A stretch of DNA of 63,995 nt, counting the filler, from Reticulomyxa filosa (taxonomy: Eukaryota; Protista; Foraminifera), in NCBI GenBank assembly GCA_000512085.1. It is 20 parts of 20 records of this genome, joined end to end, with 100 filler letters (N's around TTAATTAATTAA, not from the genome) between each part and the next. Parts side by side here need not be neighbours in the genome. Positions count along the whole stretch, not along the records: positions 5,133 to 15,591 come from ASPP01026980.1; positions 15,692 to 17,162 come from ASPP01040491.1; positions 17,263 to 22,873 come from ASPP01009312.1; positions 22,974 to 27,171 come from ASPP01034756.1; 16 more parts are not named here. The stretch is one strand, 5' to 3'. The notes below the pieces were generated by a model. That model was not told the origin of the DNA. It searched no databases and saw only the letters and a list, made by a program, of their open reading frames with translations. A program made the translations under genes and the position numbers. Positions 14,701 through 26,700 of the stretch are shown one piece after another. Within the stretch, counting starts at the first letter, position 1, and every line of letters starts with the position of its first letter.

Positions 14701-15591
14701 AGCATTCTCGGGACTGCAGTTTTGTGTCATTAATGAGCATCGAAATTGTACCTTATTGCACAGAGAATATAGGGAGGGGAGACGCATATACACAAATAAG
14801 TGCTTCTTCTATTGCAAAACAGCCCAGATAAAAAAATTTCTCAAACCTGCGTCGTCCTGATTTACTAAATAAAGAAAGTCTTGTGCTGTTCGCCATTGTT
14901 TGCACAGATAAAATTCATCCTCTCCATTACTTTCTTCCAAACCGACTCCTTTTCTTTGGTAACAGCGATAAGCAAGACCTGGCCAATTTTGATCACTGAA
15001 TCAGTGACTGCATGTTTAAATCGAATTGGCCAGTATTTACTCTCTTCCATCTCATTTGCTAAAAGAACAGAGTAAGCCAAAAACTGAAATTGATTATACA
15101 GATATTTATAAAAAGCAGTTTGATGCAAAGGAGAAGCACATGCAACATCTGGACAATGTTTTTCCATTATTTCTTCATTTCCTTTGTTTCCAAGTCGGCG
15201 ATTTTCTTCATATTAGGATCTTTGTTCCTATTCACATTATTTGTATTTACTTTTTATGTGCATGTACATCAATATTTCTGTAATCAATTCCAACGAATAG
15301 AATAAGAAAGAGCAAGGGAGCATAAATAAATAAATATTTATTTATTTTGGAAACTTTAAATGTTCAGCATAAAATTCCTTCATCCATTTGATCGAAAATT
15401 TCGCTTCTGGGCCAAATATATAAGAGTTGGTTTCCCGCGTTACATGAACAACAGGAAAACTCGACACTGAAAATACCGTGTGCAAGATCTTTGCGCAGAT
15501 TGGCTCCACTCCGTTCAATTGGGACGGTATTTCGATTAAAAATGCCATGTTTGGGTTGACATGGAAACACTGCGAATTGATCGTGGCATTG
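5768..15591 (-). CDS. RNF213/mysterin-like giant AAA+ ATPase / RZ-finger E3 ligase (5'-truncated, multi-exon, several frameshifts)
   Basis: YVLTYDNILKMIAI..PVILMGETGCGKT..FLDEINTS..AACNPYR (AAA); PIVMVGKPGTSKT..LLLDEIGLAE.S..PLKILH..FVGISNWPLDAAKMNR (AAA); FFGARDFFSL; NLESIYESLYDMLNQRY; FLNRFEK; RZ finger CRNMHPFIITDCGHPMEKVICAADGCGEEVGSTSH. Order is collinear with RNF213. Confidence 0.9.
8001..8105 (-). other. RZ-finger (RNF213-ZNFX1) coding segment
   Basis: C-x3-H-x6-C-G-x-PME-x3-C-x4-C-x4-G-x3-H matches human RNF213 CPNGHPCSVGECGRPMEQSICIDCHAPIGGIDH. Confidence 0.85.
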
Positions 15592-15691
15592 NNNNNNNNN
15601 NNNNNNNNNNNNNNNNNNNNNNNNNNNNNNNNNNNTTAATTAATTAANNNNNNNNNNNNNNNNNNNNNNNNNNNNNNNNNNNNNNNNNNNN

Positions 15692-17162
15692 CACGCCATG
15701 AATTTCTAAGTCCTTCATAGTGTGAGCATTTCATTAAGAAATGATCCACAGTTTCTTCTTCTCCTTCACACCATTTACAATCTGGTGAATAATTTCGTTT
15801 AATTTTGAACAGAAACGCATTCAATCCTACTTTTCCAGTGATAATCCTGCAAACATTTCTGCGTTCATAGACATCCAAACTACGGAGTACAATCTTTTCA
15901 AATGACTGGGACTCTGTCAAATTACGTAAAAATCGTTTGGCATGTTTGTGATGCTCCATTTCGTTTCCTTCATTCGTCAAATATCTGTTCCATTCTTCTG
16001 TAAAGAATGGATTCAGTCCGTGAGAGTTCAGGAACGGGGCCGATCTACCTGGTCTGCGATACAGATCAGGTTGATCTATCTCTGCTTTAAATCTGGCTCT
16101 TTTTGCTACTGCATCAGCACGTTCATTTCCTGGAATGCCTGATTGGCCTTTAATCCAATAAATTTCAGGTATATCACTAACTCCAAGTATTTTCATTAAT
16201 CTTTGATACTCTGCAACCGGGAAATTATACGTTTCTGAGTTGCATTTGTTGAGAATTACATTGACAGCAAATTTGGAGTCAGAAAGTATTACAACTCTAG
16301 TGTCTGTGTCTTTGTATTTATGTATGGTGTACTCCAATCCTGACGAAATGCTTCAATTTCGCTTCCAATTGCTGTTGTAATGCCATTAATTGGAAATTCT
16401 AACTCCAGCCAATTTGGAAGTGAGTTGTCTTGAATTACCAAACAAGCACATCCAATCCCAGGCTCTGGTTTGGTACTTCCATATGCAAAGATTACTACTG
16501 TGTTTGCATCAAATGACTCTAAAATTTGTTCTGTATTTGGATCCATCCATTTTTCAAAAGGAGAATTTCTGGGATGTGGAATTTTCTCAATACACATTGG
16601 TGGTTTATTCCAAAATGGGAATTTTTCTATCTCCACTTTTGGGACTCCAACTTCTTTTGCATGAATATAGGCTCTGGATAATGTCGATAATTTTCCGAGC
16701 CAATAAAATCTTTCTCCTGGTTTAATATCATGATTTCTTTGCCAAGTTTGAAATCCTAAAGTCATGTTGTGATCAGGAATTTATTTGATCAACGAATACA
16801 CTATGATATAGCTTCACTTCTTCTTGTTGACGTCGTAATTATAATGGAGGAACTTGTGATAAAATGTTTACAGTATCGTATGCAGTTGAGTTCATGACTC
16901 CAAGAATTCTGCAAATGGCTAATCTTTGAATTCTGTCAAGACGACGCTTATGTGAATTTGCTGCACCATTCCAGAATGCACTAGCATATTCCAACGAAGG
17001 TCTAATTATGGCTTTGTATAATATGTTATACACAGATAAACTGAGGCGGATTCCTTTATAAGAGCACAGAAATGTTAAATAACCAAGTTTCCTGGCTACC
17101 TTTCCATACACATAATTAATATGACTTTGATACGTAATTTGAGTCCATAATTAATCCAAGTA
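15692..17162 (-). mobile_element. Decayed non-LTR retrotransposon ORF2, 3' half: RT thumb + RNase H + CCHC finger
   Basis: YLGLIMD; LYKAIIRPSLEYASAFW..LDRIQRLAICRILG; RNase H motifs (IFAYGS from FTDGS, SEIEA, ILSDS, WIKGQSGIPGNERADAVAK); CKWCEGEEETVDHFLMKC. Broken by stops and frameshifts. Confidence 0.88.
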
Positions 17163-17325
17163 NNNNNNNNNNNNNNNNNNNNNNNNNNNNNNNNNNNNNN
17201 NNNNNNTTAATTAATTAANNNNNNNNNNNNNNNNNNNNNNNNNNNNNNNNNNNNNNNNNNNNGTTTATTTACGAAGAACCAAAAAAAAAAAAAAGGATAC
17301 ACATAATTTTTTAAAAAAACAACAG

Positions 17326-20300
17326 TCCCAACTTGTTACGAGAGTCATTTGACCCAGCGACATTTTTGATAAGTGTGCACAACATGACGGAATATGAAGA
17401 CTTGCGAAAAGGATTGGAAAACATTGAGTCGGTCGTGGCAGATCAAACCTTGAAGATGAAAGAGCTGGTGAAAGACCATTTCCATGAGTTTGTGCAGTGC
17501 AAAGAGACGATTGACAATATACATATGATGGTCACAAGTACTGGAAATAAATCGGAAGAGTCACGAAAACTGATCGACCAAACAAGGTGAGAAATTTTAT
17601 TGTTGTTGTTGTTGAGGAGATAAAGAATAATAATAAAAAAAAACAATTGTGAAATGAATAGTCAAATGTTGGAAGAAATGAAACGCATTGAAACACAAGC
17701 CAATCAATTGTATGGGCCATTGCTAACACGCACTCGTGAAGCTCAACGTATTCAATCGACAATATCCTCACTGAAACAACCCTATAGTCAATTTATCTTT
17801 ACACTCCCACAATTGATTAAACACAATGAAATGATGCGCAATTTTGACCAAGTCGTACGCTTGTATCGACGCGCCATGAATTTGAAGAAGCAAGTTCATT
17901 TCAGCAAAAATGCTGTATTCAAAGACATTATGTCACAAGTGGACAGGACTATTTCACTGTTGCGAGGCTCGCTGCTTGATCAACTGAAGCAAAGCGATAC
18001 TTTCGGTGAGGAACAAGACAGAATCATACATTATCTGATGGAATTGGATAGCAAAGACGACCCGGCTTTGTATTGCTTAATGAACACTACAACAAAATTT
18101 CCAAAATGTTGGAACAATGCGTGCAAGATCATAAAAACATTGTCGGAGGTTAATTGGAGGAGGGAAGGAAATATACAAATAAAATGGACCACACATGTAC
18201 CTACATACATAAAGCAATAATGCGCTATTTTTGTTGTTTGGCCATTATATCAGACTGTTCATCGATGTTTGATGGGGTTTTTTGCAAATAGCTTTTGAAA
18301 AAGCCCCCAAATCAAAGCTCGGGCATCCGGGAATGACAGCCCCAGAAAATCCACGAAGAAAAATGGCTGAAAAAATGTGTCAAATTTTTACAACGTATAT
18401 GCCACCATTTTGGAAGTTTGGAAAAGCGATTATTGATGGCCGATTTCGAAAAGTTTTTTTTTTTTTTTGTCAACAGACAAAAGTTTGAAAGTTCATTGAA
18501 CAGACACTTTTATTTTATTAACAAAAATTGTTTAGGAGGATAGTGGCAAAGATGATGTTGGCAGAAATTCCAGTTTGAAACGTCGCAATAATCGGCAGGT
18601 TGAAGAATTGTTCAATGGTCTGGCTGCACAGTTTTGTGAACATATCAAAGCGGCCTTTGATGAAATGCTGGCCTCAAAGCCAACACATGGATCTAATTAT
18701 CGACCCAATCGTGTTGGCTCAATGGCCAACTTGTTAGCGCCTCCAAGTGATCATGCGCGATTAAACGAAATTGTGAAGGACAATGTCACCTATTTGCTTA
18801 ACTCATATCGGGCTCTCAAAAGTGTTCGCGTGCCTCAAGTTTATTCAGTCTTATGTTTTTTAATTATTGTTTTAATTATTTCTTTGCTCAATTTCAATGT
18901 TCGTTGTTCGTTTGTGTCGAAATGGATAAACTTCAATACAGAAATATCTTCGACAAATTGATGAACTAATGGCCTCAATTACTCGAGAGTACCTGCACAA
19001 ACTGTTTCAATCTACTTTGCAAGAAGTAAATAACTTGCAAGAAAATGAAAAATGGATACCACATAAAGACATCCCGGTTATCACCAGCTTACCATTTGAC
19101 TTTGAAAAAATCATTGACTCCACTCTGACAACTGTGGAAAATATTGGAGTTGACATACTTTACGACGTGGATGATCAATACCGTGACAAAGACGAGGATG
19201 GTGATGAAGAAGAGGAGGAGTTTGTGGTTTTTTTTTTGTCTCTATGTTTATTATTAAATAAAGTCATTTGATCCCTTTTGCAACAACGTGTGCGTGTCTT
19301 TTTTTTTTTTGACATTTGATAAAAGTGGTGATGACCGCCGTTATTCACCCACGCCGGAAAAGTATCAAGGCTCCGATCTTGATGACTATCAAAAGCATAG
19401 CGATGACCAAGACAGTGCGAAGCACAAAGGTGCGACTCAGAAATCAGAGAAGAAGCACATTCCTCAAAAAAGTGACTTTGCACATAAGCACGAGTATCAA
19501 TTCAACAGCAAATGGCTGGTTCCACAAATTGGATGCTTTTTTGTCGAGTCTCTGAAAATTTTCGCCGATGTGTTGCATTATTTTGTATTTTTGTCTCTTG
19601 AACATGAGTCCAGTATGTCTCAAGCAAAAACTGGAAATCAAGAAGAGCCCGATTTACCATGGTATTTGGCGCATATTCTTTTCTCTATGTTTTTACATTT
19701 GTAAAAAAAAAAAAGAAAATACAAATTAAAATGTGTTTATAAAGTGATAATAAATAAACAAAAACCAAGGTCTGACAGTAGCCTAAACAATGAAATGAAC
19801 TCTTCTGAATCAAACGATCGCAAATTGTTGATTGTGTTGAGCAATTCCATGTACACCAAGGATATAGTTTTGGAGAGGTTATGGTCACGCTTACTGCGCA
19901 ATGGTCGTATTCTTGCGGAAGAGTACCAGCAAATTGTTGAACTTGAAAAAGAGCCAGTAAATGACTTGTACTTGACGTTGGAAGAAATCATTTTTGATCG
20001 TTATGTGCGTTGCAAGACTTTGAAGCTGAATCACATTTTGGACGAATCTTTGTTGTGTGATGGCATCAACTGGGAAATGGCTCCAGAACCTCGTGGAATT
20101 AGAAACCATTGTCTGCAGCTGTTGCTCGAAATTGTCTTTGTGCACAATGAAGTCTACAATCGAGCCAAACAAGAGCTGCGAAGTGTGTTGGAAGGATTAG
20201 TTCGGAAAATTGCTGATCATATGTTAACAACAATTGAATCTATCGACAGGTCATTGCAATAGGCTGTTTTCTATCCATTTTTGTTGTAACAACAAATCGA

Positions 20301-20725
20301 GTACATTCGCATATGCATAATTATTTTTTTTCTTTTGTGTTGTGAATGTTTTCAATTCGTTGATAGGTTCTCACCAAACGGAGCAATGCAAGTTTTGGTG
20401 GAAGTCGAATTTATTCGAAAAACTTTGAGACAATTTTTATTGCCAATATCTCGGCATGTATTCCGACAAATGAAAAAGTTGCTTTGTGATTATATTGCCC
20501 AAGACAGAGGTACTGATTATATAATTGAATCTCTGCTTGTTCTTATCCATCTTTTTTTCATCACTTTTTGTTGTTTGTTTTGTCTGTTTTTGTGTGATTC
20601 TATCAGTAACAATCAAACAAAAAGTTGACAAGTTAATTTCTAGCACAGAGCAATCAACTAACGTGATGTTCTCATGCTTCAAAGAACCAGCCCAAGAAAA
20701 TAGGGAAGATTCAGCCGATGTTTAA
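17326..20725 (+). CDS. EXOC2: Exocyst complex component 2 (Sec5), 5'-truncated, multi-exon
   Basis: ESFDPATFLISVH; LVKDHFHEFVQCKETID; FIFTLP; KLLIVLSN; GINW..APEPRGIR..LLLEIVFVHNEV; FSPNGAMQVLVEVEFIRKTL; ..TNVMFSCF. Short AT-rich introns between exons. Confidence 0.9.
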
Positions 20726-21110
20726 TAGTAACCAAACCTTGTGACGCAAACGTTCGTGAATGATCAATCCTCGAACATATACAGACATTATACAACAAGA
20801 AAAAAACACGTGTATGCGTCATTTTTGTGATTATTGTTACCAAAGTTTTTTCCCTTAGAACCCAAATTCAAAAAGCTGGCTTGTGCAAAGTTTTCATTTT
20901 GCTTTTTTTTTTATCTTCTTTCATGCCATATTCCAAAAGCAAAATTTGTGTTCATTCATTATTATAAAATCCTCTGATATACCCTTTTTTAGGTATTAAA
21001 AAATTGATCGTTTGTAGGCCTCATTCAGAAATAAACAATTTTATGTTAAAATATTGACATTTTGCATGATTAAAACAAAATGCAAGCGAAAAAAAGATAA
21101 ATTTTTTGAA

Positions 21111-21152
21111 AAAATACAGTAGTTTGCAAAAAAATAGGACACCCAAAATTAT
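21111..21152 (+). mobile_element. Tc1/mariner-like TIR remnant (TA-CAGTAG family)
   Basis: AAAATACAGTAGTTTGCAAAAAAATAGGACACCCAAAAT resembles the ends at 5392(-) and 28249(+). Confidence 0.5.
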
Positions 21153-21359
21153 ATTAATTTACTTTGTACGTGTAATTGTTGCAACAACAGTAAAGCAAAA
21201 CTAGGAAATAGGTAAAACATGCTTTGGAGTCTTTTAAGTGAGCTGGAGGTGGGACACTAAAATTGTTATTAAAAGAAAAAGCAAAAGAAAGTACAATTCA
21301 CACCAAAAAGCAACTTTTTTCAATCAAAAAAATTTGAGGCAAGTATTAAATACTTGCGA

Positions 21360-22873
21360 TCAAATATGCCACAGTTTGGCGTTGTTTACATTCGCTTTAC
21401 TCTTGCTGACACCGCAACCGCCACAGAGACTTTCCAATTTCTTGATAGACAGATATTGTATGCTTTGGAGACCTATGTTATATACATGTGTATTGTCTAC
21501 ATATTTCAATCGCATACAAAAAAACATTAAACTTGGAAATAGGTTGCGCATATAATCATGATAAAAACCAGCTCATTACTTTCAATCCATCATGAGCCAC
21601 ATAACGCGATATGGACCAATTTTTTTTTTTTTAATCATAATAGCAGGCCCATATTTGCTACACCCCATCATTAATAGAAATTTGTTCAATGATGAACAAT
21701 AAATTTATTGGAGAAATGATAGATGCGTGCGTTGTAGTGAGCTTCTATGATTCGACGACATATTGGCAGCAATTCGACCATGATGTTGCCACTTTTGCTT
21801 GTATGCAACCATCGATATTGCTGAGGTTGCCGTTACAATTGCCATTATCGCTGCAGCACCAATGACAGTATAAACAGCAAAAAAAGCATCATTGCATTCC
21901 AAAACTTCGTTGATACGCATTGGAATATCTATTAAAAAATTTCAAGCAACACATATCACATACATAAAAAAAAACCAATATACGTATACAGATGTTGTGT
22001 TGCTATTAGTTATTGGTACGTACATATGTATAAAAAAAAATGTACATACAAACTTTTTTAAGCAATAGACCCAAACACAATTACAACGACAGGTAACATG
22101 AACTTGGAACAGGTACACATAAATGACCAACCGAATACCGTGTGGAAAATGAGATGGGGGAGCTCGACTGCTGATATAAAATGTTGTTCATGTGGTCCAG
22201 TACCATCAACACATTGTCAATATCAACAATTTTTTCTTGAGTCGCTAAATAATGGAGCGACTTTTGAATGATCGACTAACACGATGTTGTTACTTTTTGT
22301 AACAAATGCGCAATAACATTAGCTTCTTATTGCGCACGAAATCAAATCGTGGAATGCAGCAGCGGTATCCAAATGTTGGCGCACACAATACCAGTACAAT
22401 GTGCACTTATCTGCTCGTCTGTTGCGGAGTGCATGGTGCCAATGAAACGGATTGTAGCCACCATGCAATTGGTAAATTCCAGTCTCATCCAATCAAGAGA
22501 CTTATCGTTGTTTTTTTCGTTGTTGTCTTGATTCTCCGATCCACGCGCCGATCTCGATAACATATATTTCTCCTTCGTTCGTGTCGATTGCCGTTTTGAT
22601 TACATGTTTTCGCACAAATATACCACCGTCCAGGTTTTTTTTTTTAAAAAAAAGATAGAATAAATATTGAATTTTTGTTTGTTCATTTATCCCTCCTCTC
22701 CCTTCTATCTTAATGACAATTGGCAACAATAACAAACCTGCATCATTTAATTGTACTGCTCATTGGCATCTTTAGGTATTTTTCATCTAGTTCAATGCCG
22801 TATGCGTTCTCTCTGTTCGTATCTTTTCTAATGTATCATATTGTCTATTTTTCCAAATTTCAAAGTCCAGCAT
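21360..22873 (-). pseudogene. Degraded CAP-Gly-domain gene, copy 1
   Basis: Minus-strand remnants YIRKDTNRENAYGIELDE, GGIFVRKHVI and TNCMVATIRFIGTMHSATDEQI. Segments match contig 22974-27171 at DNA level. Many stops and deletions. Confidence 0.6.
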
Positions 22874-22973
22874 NNNNNNNNNNNNNNNNNNNNNNNNNNN
22901 NNNNNNNNNNNNNNNNNTTAATTAATTAANNNNNNNNNNNNNNNNNNNNNNNNNNNNNNNNNNNNNNNNNNNN

Positions 22974-23107
22974 TTAAAGTGGTTCGTACTGCCTTGCAAG
23001 ATGCTGCAAGTGTTGCTAGTTTGATAATCACTACTGAAGCTGTTATTACCGAACTTCCAAAGAAAGATGCTCCAATGATGGATATGGGAGGCGCTAAGGC
23101 TTTTTAG
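22974..23107 (+). CDS. groEL: Chaperonin GroEL/Cpn60 C-terminal fragment, alphaproteobacterial-like
   Basis: [43 protein letters not shown], read by hand from 22976; not in the ORF track. Confidence 0.88.
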
Positions 23108-23829
23108 GACATCATCTCTTCATTTGAATTCGACTGATAAAAGATTTTATGGGAAAATAAATTAAAAGAGAACAATTAAATACATCGCTTATGGTGGCAA
23201 TTTAACATTTTTTTGATTAGAGCTATTCCATAACCCAACAAAATACGTCGTTTGTAAGGATCTATATTGATCAGACATATTATTTTTTCCTTTTTTTTGT
23301 AAACATATAACAATTAAAAGTTCATTCCACTCATGGAAACAATTAAATATTATAGACTGGCATTATGTTTTGATATTTTTTTTTTTGCAAACTTGTACTT
23401 TTTGTATTACAATCATATCTTTGCTATTCAATCTTCGAGAAAATTTATTTAATTACTTTCTACTACCTACATGATCGCAAGAAGATACATCTACAAATCT
23501 TTTTTTGCCAGGAATTCCGAGTAGACGCTTACACGTCGCTCTTTTGTAGTACATGATATAAATGAACTATATAATGTTATTTTTTTCTTGCCACCAACTC
23601 TAACAATAGAAACCATTAATTCTAGTTGTCAGTTTTTTCAAAGACACACTTACACTAAAATATCAAATTCAGAAATTTTTTTACGGTGAATATAATTTGT
23701 AAGAAAGATATTAGGTGAGCTTAAAGAAGTGCGTTGAAATTAATTTAAAAAAAAAATCAAAAATTCCACAAAAAGACAGAAATTTTTTAATTAAGAAAAT
23801 TGATAAAGTACCAAGTACTACAACAGAAC

Positions 23830-26700
23830 ATGCCACCAACTTTGCGTTTGAACTTTGCTTCGTCTTTGCTTACTGGCACTGCAACCACCACTTTCCAATC
23901 GCTCCATAGACAGTTTTGACCTGTGTTGTATAAGTGTGTATTGATCATACATGTTTTCGTCACATTATAAGAAAATACTATAACTTGGAATTACGATAAT
24001 GATCAGATCACTACTTCCCATTGTTCATGTTCTTCAATTGATCGTTGGCACATTACACAATGTGGATCTTCATTTTTTTTTTCAAAGTATACGCAATTCA
24101 AAGCGCAATACCATAATACGTATCCGATGCACGCCGCTCTATCATTATTGCAATTGTTGGAGACTCACTACAGATCAATAGCAATGTAAATTGCGACAAC
24201 TCGCACATATGTAATCCAAACTTATGCAATGTAAGTCCATCTCCGCCTTTAAGTATCTATCCAAAATTTCAAACAACACATACAACATACATACGAAGAT
24301 GTTATGTACACAAAAAAAACTTTTTTAACTTAATTTTTGCTTGTGCCAAAGGTTCTTATGAATCAAATCCAACGCAAACCAACAACAACTAATAGCCCAA
24401 GGCTGAAGAAAAAAAAAGATTAATGCTATCGCTTGTTGTCGCATATTCATGCGTTGGATAATAGTCTTTTTTGGAAATGCTTGCGCTCAATCGACAAGAC
24501 TAAGATGCGTCCCTCATCACAAGGACGACGACGGCTGATGGACCTCGTAGTTGATATTACTGCGGCAGCTACTGGATTGGAAGACAAAGAACAAGAAGAA
24601 GATAATGATTATGAGAAGGAGGAAGTGGATGAAGAAAAAAAAAGTATTCTATGGCCATACCGCATTTGATTTATTCTAAAACAAGGAGAGATAGTATATC
24701 GACTTTACCTTGCTATGGAATGACTATTCACATCTACGATTGGCGACTTTGCGCATCCTCAAATATACCAACATCACATAATGCGTCCCCTCCCCCCAAT
24801 GAAAGTTGCTTGACTGGTGTGACAATACCCAATGACGACAACGACTTATTCCATATTTTTCTATTTATTGGCCAATTGGTTCGAGATATTGGACTGGTGT
24901 TGTATGCGACAATATTTGGATACCGTTGCTGTATTCGAGCGAATTTGATTGGATGTGCGCGGAAGAGCTGCGTTATTTGTCGCAAAACTCAACATCGTGC
25001 CAGTTGATAGTTAAATCGGCGGTTCAAAAGTCGATCCATCATTTGACAAAACAGTGCAATGAATATCTTCAATGCGTTTGGTGGATTACGTGGTCAGCGT
25101 CAGTGCCACAGTCGATTGCATTATATCCCACTCTCGCCTCCCAAAGACATCGTTCGCTGTGATACGAACGAATTGTCCGGCTACCAAGTTATTCGGATTC
25201 AAAAAGTGAAATGGCCTGATATTGACAAGGCCCCACTCAAAACGGCAGCTCTAGGGACGAATTTTTCAATGAAAACTTCCTTCGAATCAGTTCAATCGTC
25301 CAAAATAACGAAATGCTTGATTGAAGAAGTACCATTGAAAGTAAAGCGCGCATTCGACACAAGGGATTGTTGCTATTCTGTTGATGGTTTGTGCGCCTGT
25401 CCTCCTTCTTGTTACCGATGATATAACCTTGATTGAGTTCATTGCTTGAACCATAGCACGTAAGATAGCAAGAAAGACGATATCAATACAAAAAGAATGC
25501 AAATTGGCAGCTCTTCTTCATTGTTCTCCAAGTGTTGGGCTAATACAACGGGCACAAAGTATTTCGCATCCAATACACCGTCCGTTAGTCATGTTCAAGT
25601 TGCGTGTCGTCTTGGTCACGAAATTTCGCTCTGTCTCCATCTTGATTACGTGGTTCCGCACAAATATGCCGCCGCCGTCCAGGTCTTTTTTTAAAAAAAA
25701 AAATAGCATAATTATTGAAGTTTGTTTTGTTCATTTGTCCTACCCTACCTTCTATATCGATGGCATTTGACAAATAATAACAAAACGCAGGTGGAGTATC
25801 TCATTGCTCAATGGTATCTTTATGTATTCTTTTCTAACTCCAATGCCGTATACGTCGTTTTATTTCGTATCTTTTCCAATGTACGGTATTGTCTATTTTT
25901 ACAAATTTCAAAGTTCAACATTATACGTCGTTTAAAAAAAAAAAAAGAAGGTCAGATTAGCTTTTTTTTTCCCGCACTCGCTATTCAATACTGGATTCTT
26001 CCATTTTGCCGTCGCTGTCGTCTGTTGCTATCCTTTCATGAACCGATTGAACATTGAAAGCGTATATTCATTTGGCGAATGTACCTGTTCTTTTTGGGAT
26101 CAAGTTACTATCAATTGATGAATATCTTTTGACATCAAACACATATCACAAAACAAAAACAAACCTGAAAGTATATGTATTGATTAATCATCACCTTTGC
26201 CTTTACAGTTTCTTTTTATCTGGTTCTCTTCATTTTGCCGATAGCGAACTTGTTGGCATTGAATTGGATGAATGATTCGCGAACGCTCACGATGGCATCA
26301 CCAACGACGATGTCACCTTTCACACGTTATCTGGACGCAGCATCTTTACAAGACGAGACGAAAGCGAAAAATTTGGTCAAATGCATTCAATGCCATCTGT
26401 CGCCACTCCATTGACAAAAATTATACGATTGTCGAGTTTGAATTGTTTCAATTGGAAGTCGCATTTGATATTTTCGGATCAATACTTGAGAAATGAAGCC
26501 ATTTTGTATGAAGCGACAACGACATATGTTGGCTTCAAAATATTATTTCATTGCAATGTGCAGCAAGAGTTTCATTTGCACAAATCCAACGATCTCTCCT
26601 TTCACGAAACCAGTTTCTCATTTACGTCTTTCTCTATTGTATTGCTATGAAACGTTGACGCAACGATTTTTCGCACACTGTATTGAAATGCACACAATTA
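23830..26700. pseudogene. Degraded and internally rearranged CAP-Gly-domain gene, copy 2
   Basis: 23830-23992 matches 21361-21545 in the same orientation. 24885-25040 matches 22240-22400 inverted. 25640-25915 matches 22598-22870 in the same orientation. A plus-strand CAP-Gly exon lies at 26209-26360. Confidence 0.6.
26209..26360 (+). pseudogene. CAP-Gly domain exon with an in-frame TGA (probably from TGG)
   Basis: FLSGSLHFADSELVGIELDE*FANAHDGITNDDVTFHTLSGRSIFTRR after a ctttacag acceptor. Confidence 0.7.

Noticed and set aside
26200-26640. Minus-strand frame in which every stop is TGA, suggesting TGA=Trp/Sec recoding
   Set aside because: It is the antisense shadow of the plus-strand CAP-Gly pseudo-exon. 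Genes here use TGG for Trp, and TGA is a true stop (CDPK).
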